Part shown: in pieces, positions 53,671 through 64,000 of the stretch | Layout of the letters: each line of letters opens with the position of its first letter | Numbering within the stretch: position 1 is the stretch's first letter | Assembly: GCF_001194135.2 (NCBI RefSeq) | Contig: NC_068982.1 | Location: 99,859,176-99,923,175, forward strand | Length of the DNA: 64,000 nucleotides | Direction of reading: 5' to 3' | Source: Octopus bimaculoides | Taxonomy: Eukaryota | Program-made: the position numbers and the translations under genes | Notes under the pieces: generated by a model | What the model was told of the DNA's origin: nothing | Database searches by the model: none | What the model saw: the letters and a program-made list of their open reading frames with translations, nothing else

Positions 53671-53829
53671 GAGAAATAAAAGAATACTTGGTGGCCACCC
53701 ATTTGGTTAGATTATAGTTAATATAGCAGTATGAGTTCTGAGATAGAATCTACAATCTATTGTAACAAAATAAAAGCACTTATCTCATTCTGTTTTATAT
53801 ATGAGTGTAGAGACATTTTAGTTTAATAA

Positions 53830-54213
53830 TTTAAATCATATATGATGTCAACCTGCAGGCTTTCCTGCCTCCCAAACAGCAATCAGTCCTTTTGATTCTT
53901 TGCCAAAAGGATTTCTATCAAATTTGTGGAATCCTTCTACCTACCACACCACAACTAAGATGTCTCTGCCAGCTGTACTCTTAAAGAGAAAAGTTTTCAA
54001 ACTTGCTGTTCACTTTGCATCCAATTCCACACTGTACACTCTTGGCACATGCACACTTTGGAAAAATTCCACACTTTTCTTCTCCACTTCATCAACCTCA
54101 CCAGCTGCAAACACCCCTTCCAGTAACTTCAATCCAACAAGGCTGCTGGCCCTAACAATGTCCTTCTGATATTACCTTTACTGTACTCCATTACTAAGAC
54201 CTGTCCTTTGCAA

Positions 54214-54285
<72 letters not shown>

Positions 54286-56750
54286 CTGATATTTTGAAAC
54301 AGGCTAAAGTGTGTTCCATTCCCAAGAAGGGAAGCCCCTCTGACCCTGCCAGCTATTAACCTATCCCTCTCAATTCCAATATCTTAGAAGTGATAGAACA
54401 ATTGTTAACAAACACCTTCTCTAATATGTCTAATCCTTTTTCTTCCTTGGTGACTTCAGTATAGTTTAAATCTAGAGATTATACTCTCCTGTATTAATCG
54501 TCTGTGGGTCATAGCCCTTGAGAAATTCAGCAAAATATCAGATTTTACCTTTTTTAAAATTGAATGAAATTTAATAGTATTTTAGAATGTCTAATGGTAC
54601 TAAAAATCATTTTTATGCATTTGTGTACATTTAAACTAATTAAATATTATTTTACAGAGTAATAGGATTAAAATTTCTTTGATTAAAACCCTTTCTAACA
54701 TGGAAGTATCCAAAGAACATTTAAGGCACATAATGCTTTATGAGTACAAAAAGGAAACTCTGCAGCCGAAGCGACTCGAAACATACACTCAGTTTATGGG
54801 AGAGAATGCTTGAATGAAAGAACTTGCAGAAGATGATTTGCAAAATTCAGAAGTAGAGATTTCAGCCTTGAAGATGAAGATCGAACAGGACGTCCAGTTG
54901 AGTTTGATGATAAGCTCCTTGAGGCATTACTTGAAAATCCTGCATTATCAGTTGACAATTTGGCAAAAAAGCTTAATTCAAACCATACAACTGTTCATCG
55001 TCATCTTCAACAACTTGGAAAGGTTCCTAAACTTGGAAAATGGGTGCATCGTGAATTGTCCGAAAGCAACTGCAAATCCTGAGTTGACATCTGCTCTTCT
55101 CTTCATTCTCTTGAACTCATTTCACCCTTTTTGGATAGACTTGTGACTGGTGATGAAAAATCGATCTTCTATCGAAATGTTAAACGTCACAAATAGTGGT
55201 AAAAAGGAAAAAGCTCAACTACAACCGAGAAGGGAATTTCATGGGAAAAAGGTTCTTCTTCTCTCTATCTAGTGGGATTGCAAAGGAGTAATTCACTTTG
55301 AATTGTTACCACCTAATGCTCAAGTCTACTGTCAGCAATTAAAACATTTGAACTAAGCTTTGAAGAAAAAAAGACCCACTTTAAGGAATCGAAAAGGAGT
55401 GATGTTTCATCAAGACAACGCGCGACCCCACACTGCAAAGATCACATCACAGAAGATCAAAGAGCTTGGTTGGGAAAAAATTTCTCATCCGCCTTATTCT
55501 CTCAACCTTTCTCCTTCAGACTACCATTTGTTTCGTAGTTTACAGAATCATTTGGGGGACATAACTTTCGCAAGCCAGGAGGAGGTCGAAACTGACATTT
55601 CAGAGTTCTTCACTTTGAAGCCAAAAGAGTTTTATATTGATGGGATTAAAAATCTTGTAAATATATGGAAGGAAGTCATAGATAATCAGGGAAAGTACAT
55701 TGATGATTAAATTTCAATTAAATATAACATTTGATCACTTGTTTTCTTTATTCAAAATTCGGACAGAACTTATGGGATGACCTGATTAGCCTAATACTTG
55801 TCCATATCAAGTTCAAGAATCACCTGTCTAAGCTACCTACCTATGGCTCTATCCATCTCTTGTTTCTTGGATTAAAAGCTTTTTGTTAGCAGATTTCACC
55901 ATCATAGTATGTGGAAGAAGCTTTCTCTGATCCATATTCTCTCAACATCAATGTGATCTTCTTTGCTCTAATTCCTGTATTTTAAAGATGCCACCTCTAA
56001 TATTTTAATGCAGAAAATGTCACTTTTTACCCATTTCTAACTGCACAGGCACCATCTATATATCATTTAGACATATGATATCAAAACTGCATTACTTTTA
56101 TGAACAGAGAGACCATGAAAGCATTTTCTAAAAGGACTTGATAATCTTGTCTTCTTCAGTGGCATAAAGATACAATCTCTACACATATTAAAGAAACAAT
56201 CTTATGCCTCTCTCTCACAGTTATTGAAACAACATACCCTTGAAGTTGTTTCATATATTAGACTTCATCTCTCATGGCAATCTCGCATACATAATAGACC
56301 AAAAACTGCATTCTTGTTAAAGGACTAAAAATATTTCCCTCTAAACAGTTGCTGATCTGAGCTCCAATGTAATATTATTCTGGTGTCTGGAACTGTTTTG
56401 AAGTTACATACAAGAATATCCCAGATCACTTTTAAATAAAAGCCATCTAGTTGATTGGTAAAATCTCACTCTCAAACACACTTTTGGCCCTTAGATAAAC
56501 TGTTCCTTATTCTGCCTTTCCTGCTGTCACTACCATTGCCTCTGATCCTCAGAACTAGCCAGCTCGGTAGCATCATCAATCCATGTTCACATAACTCACT
56601 CATCATTTTGCTATTTGTACTATGTAACTCCCATCCTCCTCTGAGCCTACACTAACCTTCTGAAATCACCTTCTCTTTGACATTTTTTCCAGCAGTCATT
56701 GACTTACATATGTTCCAAGTGAACATCAATGAGATTAATCATAACAGTCT
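53830..56750 (+). mobile_element. Decayed CR1/L2-type LINE reverse transcriptase, split by a (CT)n tract and a mariner
   Basis: KAAGPNN, KQAKVCSIPKKGSPSDPASY*PI before the mariner; LSKLPTYG..SLVSWIKSFL and LSWQSRI..KYFPSKQLL after it. Confidence 0.75.
54536..55788 (+). mobile_element. Near full-length mariner (DD34D-type) transposon, pseudogenised
   Basis: Transposase 54700-55710: MEVSKEHLRHIMLYEY, EDEDRTGRP, KLGKWVHREL, LVTGDEK, FHQDNARPH, HPPYSLNLSPSDYHLFRSL. Right TIR ggacagaacttatgggatgacctgat|ta; left TIR largely deleted (tatcag). Confidence 0.95.
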
Positions 56751-58031
56751 TGGAAAGCCTGTGAAGGTCATGGACACTGCTCTTTGCTTCTAACTAGATC
56801 ATTCAAAAAANNNNNNNNNNAAAAAAAAAAAAAAAAGAAAGAAATTGTTATGCTATCAGAGAATGTCTATGGAGAATATTTTAGATTGGTTTTCTGTGGT
56901 CTTCACTTGATATGATATGTAGTTATAGAATAGGTACATCACACTTCATGGTCTCATCATATGTGACTAAAAGGGTCTGATTTGGATATGCTTCACTAAG
57001 AAGGCCAAAACATGCCTATTACTTTCAGTAGTTGGCTTAAAAACCAAATCCACTCCTGGTATTGAATTTTCTATATTTTCCAAAATTTCAAATAAGTGAT
57101 TTTATTGAAGCCAATTCTCTTGACTGTTGCTTTTAGAGTTTAAACACCCCTACAGGGGATTTTTCTATATAATAATGCAAATAATTTTAGTTAAAGTTTT
57201 TTCAACTTATTATGTTAAACATATGATGAGATTCTACTTTATTTCTATATTAAAAACTTTGCCAAACCTTTTTTTAATTGCATTCATTTGGAAACCCCTG
57301 CAATGTACTAATCTTAAACAGTTCTGAAATTTAACCGCCCCTTCAACTGACCTTATTCTCAAGTTTGGAGGAGTGGTGATGTAAAAATACTATGATGACT
57401 GCCTCTTCTTTCCATACTAAAGACTAGAGAAGTAATCAGATATGTCTGTCTATACTCCATATTTACTCCATTGTATTCCTTTCTGATAGTGCCATACTAA
57501 TCTTTCCCTTGACCTATCTCTCTCTTCCTCCTCCCCTCAGTCTCTCTCTCACTTTCTTTTACTCACTTCCTCCTTCCTTTTCATCAGCATTGATTTAAGA
57601 AATTTGGTAACATTTAATCCAATTGGCTTAAAGTTTCAAGATTCAAACATTAATGCTGAGGAATAGCAACTGTTGTACTCAAATTGAATTCATCTTTCTC
57701 ATGTTTCCTTTGGTTGCTATCAGAACCTACAGACATATACCCGAGTGAAGAAAGGACTCTTTAAATAGTCATTCAACTTGCTAGAAATGGCAGCCAAATT
57801 TCTTTTAAATCACACCCTACCATCTAAAATAAAGAATATTAGATATTTAGATAATATAGTCTCATGTTCATTCCCTAATGACAATATAGTCCTGCCACAT
57901 TCCTTAGGTCTGTTTAATCAAGGTTGACCCAGGACTGAACAATAAGAACAACAACTGGAGTACAGAAACAACTGAACTGCATACAACATGCCTAGAACTG
58001 CAACACTACAAACTGTGTGTGTGTGTGTGTA

Positions 58032-59170
58032 GGGTTGCCCAAAAAGATCGTTTGATTTTTTCAAGTGGAAATTAGACACAAGTTTTAAACTCAAAGTGAT
58101 TTATTCAGTCAAATGATATAATTACACTTTCATTTCTGTATCTTCTACCAAATTGTGGGCATAGCCAGTATTCCCTACTTAAAGAATTTTTTGCCTTTAC
58201 TGGTGAAAACATTTCAAGATAAATTTTTACATTTTCTTCAGAGATGACAGTCTGTTGATTCAATTAATTGTGAAGAGACAAAAACAGGTAGAAATCTGAA
58301 GATGCAAGGTCAGGCAAATCTGGAGTGAATGTAGCAAAACTTCTTAGCCAAACCCAAGTAACTTCTGCTATGTCTGCAAAGAAGTATGCAGTTTGGTATG
58401 TTGTGATGAAAGACAACGCCCTTATGATTAGAAAGTGCTGGATGCTTCTGGTGGATAACTGCATTTAATTTGTCCAGCTGGTCACAGTACATATCTGAAC
58501 TGATGATCTTGTTCATGAAAAGAAGCTCATAAAAGACAACACCCTCCCAATCCTATCAAATTGAAAACATAACCTTCTTCGGGTGAAGTCCTGTTATGGA
58601 GTACAGAAACAACTGAACTCAGGTAGTTGATTGTGGTCATTTGATGCACTTCCCCCACAATTGTTTGCACTTCACATTGTTTTAGATAATCTGTTTTTCA
58701 CCCCCTGTCACCATTCTCTTCAAAGAAAGGGTCGTTTTTTTCAGGCACCCACAATGAATTGCAGATGGAAATCCATTGAGCAAGGTTTGCCACATTTAAT
58801 TGATGTGGGACCCAAACATTGAGCTTGCTGATATAACCAGATTGATGCAGATGATTTTCAACACTCAATCTGGATATCTGGAAAATATATGCAATCATTC
58901 TGGTTGTAAAATGGGGGTCGGTGTTAACTAACTTCTTCATTGTGTCTCTCTTAATCTCAGTTGACCAGCCAGAGTGAGGCGCCTCTTGAGCTGAAAAATT
59001 TTAGGATTGAAACCTTAAAAACCACTTCTGGTATACATATTCCATAACAATATCCTCTCTGTACACAGTACATATCTTCTTGCAGGTTTCCATCACTTTC
59101 TTGCTTTTTTGATATAAAAAAGAATGAGGTGTTCATAATGTTTGTTTTGGCTCTCCATTTTCAGGGTGAT
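58032..59170 (-). mobile_element. Decayed mariner transposon
   Basis: Minus-strand ATG 59158 MESQNKH; SKLNVWVPHQL; VTGGEK; GLHPKKVM; YCDQLDKLN; PDLASSDFYLFLSL; terminus ta|gggttgcccaaaaag. Confidence 0.92.
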
Positions 59171-60675
59171 TCTAAACATACAAAATACAACCTGTCTCCA
59201 CCCAAGTTTGTGTTGAACTATGTTGGAGTGTCAAATATCTAACAAGTGTACATACTCAAGGGACAGGCTAAAGTTAGCTACTGATTAAACTGCTTGAAGC
59301 TTAGTGTTGATGAAAACCAGACTTTTTGGTCAACCCATTATATAATAAACTACTGCATGTCAGTACACAAAGCATAATCGACCACTGGGTGACAGAAACA
59401 TGGTAGAGCTGCAGCAATTGATATGTGGATTGTATTTTGTTGCTTATTTAAGTACCTATGTGGAAGAGGGGTCTACTTGATTAGGTTTGAGATGAGGCCA
59501 AACAACAATAACAATGACATTAGTTCCATCTCAGGAATATTAGTGGCACGAAACAAAGGCAAATGTTCATAACCATACATTAAATTCATATCCCTCAAAA
59601 GTTGCAACTTTCAGCAACACTTGGCAACATTGAGCTAACTGTAAAGCATTTACTTTGTTGTTCAACCAGCTAGAAATAGTGACCAGATCTCCCTAAATCA
59701 CATCATATAGTCTTAAAAGAGGACACACTGGACAGTGTAGGTACTCATACACAGAAAATCAGGATGGTCATGGCTGGAACCATGATCATTGATCTCCTTG
59801 ATCAAAGCTGACTTGAGGTTAAACAAAAGCAATAGCAATGACAGCATTCACAACATGTTTCCTGTATGATATTGATTTCTTGCCTCTACACAGAGCCACA
59901 TTTTAATATATGTTGAAGAATAAGACTGTGTGACGTTCATTCATAATATTTTCAAGGAAAAAATTCATGTAAAACAGTGAAATATCTACAGCTGTGAGTC
60001 AAAATTAGGCCATGGCATGACTTTCAGAGAATTTACCTCAACTCTGCAATACACACAACATATTTCCTTCATTGGCCAGTTATTATATTACAAGTTCTAC
60101 ACAAAAAAATATTATTTGTACTTTACAGTCATACTTTTTTGTTTTCTTTTTTGGAGATTGTTATCAAACATTGACTGATAAGTTTTCACCTCATACTTAT
60201 CTTACTAAAGACTACAACAACAGCAAAACAACAAGAAAAACGAAAGATTTCATCTATTTCCTTTGGAATATTTCTTGTTGATAAAATTGCTGGCAAAGAG
60301 AATGGAAAGGGTAGCAATTACTTTTTAAATCTAAATAGATTTACATTCAGCAGTATATATATATATATATATATATATTGAACTTATGTTATGAAAATTT
60401 TACTTACAACATAATGCATAATAATGATTTAGACCTATTGTTTAATGAAGGATAGAATTTTTCACACTAATGAGAGCTGACTAAATGATATAATTTCTCA
60501 CATTTTAGTAAATAGAATATGTTTTGTTTCTGGATACACCCATATTAGTTTTGACTAACAATAGTGCTTCAACTAGTAACAAGAATGTTGCTATTAGTTA
60601 GTTGCATTGCAACACATTTCACAAATCTTCCAAGTTTCAGTTTGATTATTTTTATTGTATGATTATAACCATTAC

Positions 60676-61565
60676 GGTGGTGAGCTGGCAGAATTGCAAG
60701 CATGTTGGACAAAATGCTTAGCAGAATTTCTTCTGGCTCCTTAGATTCTGAATTCGAATTCCACTAAAGTCAACTTTGCCTTTTATTTTTTCGTTGTCAA
60801 TAAAATAAGTAACAGTTGAGTACTGGGGTCAATGTAATCAAATAGCCCCTTTCCCCCAAAATACCAGGCCTTTTGCCTCAAGTAGAAAGAATTATTATTA
60901 TCATTATTAAGATTGTGAGCTGGCAGAATTGTTAGCATGTTGGACAAAATGATTAGCAGCATTTCTTCTGGTTCTTTATGTTTGGAATTCAAATTCCACT
61001 CTTGTCGACTTTGCACCTCGTTTTTCTCTGCTTATAAAATAAGTAATGGTTGAACACTGGAGTCGATGTAATTGACTAACCCTTTCCCCCAAGATTGCAG
61101 GCCTTGTAACAAAAATTTGAAACCATTAAGTTGATGAAGGCAGCGAGCTAGCTGAATCGTTAGCATGCCAGGCAAAATGCTTTGTGGCATTTGATCAGTC
61201 TTTATGTTCTGAGTTTAAATTCTATTGAGGTCGACTTTGCCTTTCATCTTTCCAAGGTAAATAAATTAGGTACCAGTTGAATACTGGAGTCAATGTAATC
61301 AACTTACCCACTCCCATAAAATTGCTGGCCTTGTGCCAAAATTTGAAACAATTATTATTTAAGCTGATGAACAGGCAAAATCATTAACACATTAAATAAA
61401 ATGTATGGTTACATTTCTTTCAGCCCTTTATGTCCTGAGTTCAAATTCTGCTGAGATCAATTTTGCCTCATTATCATCCTTTCAGGGTTGATAAAATAAA
61501 ATACCAGTTAGGATAATGTAATTGGCTTTCTCCTACCCTCAAAACTGCTGGCATTGTACCAAAGT
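60676..61565 (+). mobile_element. Four head-to-tail SINE family A copies
   Basis: Heads at ~60676, 60915, 61140 and 61362, each running to gccttgt/gcattgt.c.aaa.ttt.gaaa with short ATT linkers. Confidence 0.88.
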
Positions 61566-61576
61566 TTAGAAAGAGT

Positions 61577-61738
61577 GCAGGAGTCGCTGTGTGGTAAGTA
61601 GCTTGCATACCAACCACATGGTTCTGGGTTCAGTCCCACTGCGTGGCACCTTGGGTAAGTGTCTTCTACTATAGCCTTGGGCCGACCAAAGCCTTGTGAG
61701 TGGATTTGGTAGACGGAAACTGAAAGAAGCCCGTCGTA

Positions 61739-61771
<33 letters not shown>
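61577..61771 (+). mobile_element. SINE family B, young 5' half running into gap 61772-62365
   Basis: gcaggagtcgctgtgtggtaagtagcttgc...gaagcccgtcgtata(TA)n; retains CpGs. Confidence 0.9.
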
Positions 61772-62385
61772 NNNNNNNNNNNNNNNNNNNNNNNNNNNNN
61801 NNNNNNNNNNNNNNNNNNNNNNNNNNNNNNNNNNNNNNNNNNNNNNNNNNNNNNNNNNNNNNNNNNNNNNNNNNNNNNNNNNNNNNNNNNNNNNNNNNNN
61901 NNNNNNNNNNNNNNNNNNNNNNNNNNNNNNNNNNNNNNNNNNNNNNNNNNNNNNNNNNNNNNNNNNNNNNNNNNNNNNNNNNNNNNNNNNNNNNNNNNNN
62001 NNNNNNNNNNNNNNNNNNNNNNNNNNNNNNNNNNNNNNNNNNNNNNNNNNNNNNNNNNNNNNNNNNNNNNNNNNNNNNNNNNNNNNNNNNNNNNNNNNNN
62101 NNNNNNNNNNNNNNNNNNNNNNNNNNNNNNNNNNNNNNNNNNNNNNNNNNNNNNNNNNNNNNNNNNNNNNNNNNNNNNNNNNNNNNNNNNNNNNNNNNNN
62201 NNNNNNNNNNNNNNNNNNNNNNNNNNNNNNNNNNNNNNNNNNNNNNNNNNNNNNNNNNNNNNNNNNNNNNNNNNNNNNNNNNNNNNNNNNNNNNNNNNNN
62301 NNNNNNNNNNNNNNNNNNNNNNNNNNNNNNNNNNNNNNNNNNNNNNNNNNNNNNNNNNNNNNNNNGTATCATGCTGACAGAGTTA

Positions 62386-62595
62386 CTCTTTTACTCTTTT
62401 ACTTGTTTCAGTCATTTGACTGTGGCCATGCTGGAGCACTGCCTTTAGTCAAACAAATCAACCCCAGGACTTATTCTTTGTAAGCCTAGTATTTATTCTA
62501 TCGGCCTCTTTTGCCGAACCGCTAAGTGACAGGGACGTAAACACACCAGCATCGGTTGTCAAGCAATGCTAGGGGGGACAAGCACAGACACACAA

Positions 62596-62626
<31 letters not shown>

Positions 62627-62797
62627 CATATATACGACGGGCTTCTTTCAGTTTCCGTCTACCAAATCCACTCACAAGGCTTTGGTTGGCCCGAGGCTAT
62701 AGTAGAAGACACTTGCCCAAGGTGCCTTGCAGTTGCACTGAACCCGGAACAATGTGGTTGGTAAGCAAGCTACTTACCACACAGCCACTCCTGTGCC
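62386..62797 (-). mobile_element. SINE family B1, full-length young copy
   Basis: Reverse-complement match to 39773-40135 with CpGs retained. Confidence 0.92.
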
Positions 62798-62799
62798 TG

Positions 62800-63787
62800 G
62801 AATCGAGCACTTTAGACAAAATACATAGTAGCATTTCTTCTAGCTCTATACATTCTGTGTTGAAATTCTATTAAGGTTGACTTTGTCCTTCATCTTTTCA
62901 GGGTCAATGATAAAATGAAGTACAAGTCAAGTACTGGGCTGATGTAATAACCCTTTCCCTCAAAATTGCTGGCCTTGTGCCTAAATTAGAAACAATTATG
63001 ATCATTATTACATTAGAAGCAATTATTATTATCATTATTATTGAGGTAATTAGTGTACTGAACTAACAAAATTGTGAGAATGTCAGAAAAAATGCCTTGC
63101 AATATTTAGTTACAGCTCTTTATGTTTGATTTAAGTCCCACTAGCATCAACTTTGCCTTGCAACTTTTGGGTTCAGTAAGATTTGATACAAGACATGTAC
63201 TGGAGTGAATTTAATCAACTAACATTTCTTCATAAATTTGTAGCCTTGTGACTACACTATGAATAATTATTCATGTCATTTGTTTTTGTAATTCTCTCCT
63301 CAATTCTTGCCCTTGTTACAAATAAAGGAATCATCATCATCATCATCATTATTATTACATTCTTTGCTTTTCATCCTTTTGGGGTCAATAAAATAAGTAC
63401 CAGTCAGACACTAGGGTCAATGTAATTGACTGTCCTCTTCTCACAAAATTTCAGACTTTTGTACCTATTGTGAAAGGATTATTATTATAAGGTGGGAGAG
63501 CTGGCAGAATTGTTAGCATGCCAGGCAAAATGCTTTAATGGCATTTCACCCATCTTTTCGTTCTGAGTTCAAATTCCACAGAGGTTGACTTTGCCTTTCA
63601 TCTTTTCATGGGTCAATAAATCAAGTACCAGTTAAGTACTAGTGTTGACGTAATCAACCAGCCCTCTGTAAAAATTACGGGCTTTTTACCCATAGAAAGA
63701 ATTATTATTATTATTATTAAGGCAGTAAGAATTGTTAGTACTTGCCCCTCTCCACATATTTCAGGCCTTGTGCCTATTATAAAAAAC

Positions 63788-63841
<54 letters not shown>

Positions 63842-64000
63842 GTTATTATTATTATTATTATTATTAAGGTGGTGTGCTGGGAGAAACATTAGTATGTCAG
63901 GCAAAATGATTAGCAACATTTCTTCTGGCTGTTCATGTTCCCAATGAGATAGATGTTGCTTTCAATCCTTTTGGGGAGTGATAAAATAAGTACCAGTCAA
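62800..64000 (+). mobile_element. About six head-to-tail SINE family A copies with (ATT)n linkers
   Basis: Copies at ~62800, 63040, 63340 (partial), 63490, 63720 (partial) and 63867; (TTA)n at 63789-63866. Confidence 0.85.

Noticed and set aside
53089-53702. Poly-Pro/His/Ser ORFs resembling a low-complexity protein
   Set aside because: Mixed trinucleotide repeats open in most frames on both strands, with no unique coding flank.

Overview
AT-rich eukaryotic DNA with dense microsatellites and nine N-gaps. The repeat vocabulary (tRNA/CORE-type SINEs with (ATT)n or (GAT)n tails, RTE and CR1-like LINE debris, mariner/Tc1, Helitron and Penelope-like remnants) looks like a coleoid cephalopod, most likely Octopus; this is inference. 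I can identify no intact protein-coding gene: every recognisable coding segment is a decayed transposon. A CpG-retaining block at about 33.9-38.9 kb lies within otherwise CpG-depleted DNA. It has YY1, GC-box, ETS and E2F-like motifs and minus-strand splice donors. The DNA to its left is strongly A-rich on the + strand. Together these suggest the promoter and first long introns of an unidentified minus-strand gene. The most interesting unexplained pattern is a set of decayed type-I hammerhead-ribozyme-like motifs. They occur at Penelope-like tails, in both arms of two fold-back elements, and as a small cassette inside a mariner remnant. Other highlights are near-perfect hairpins, a young solo LTR with a target-site duplication (TSD), nested and rearranged transposons, a templated insertion, head-to-tail SINE arrays and visible LINE-SINE tail sharing. 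Repeat boundaries are read by eye and approximate unless a TSD or terminal inverted repeat (TIR) is quoted.
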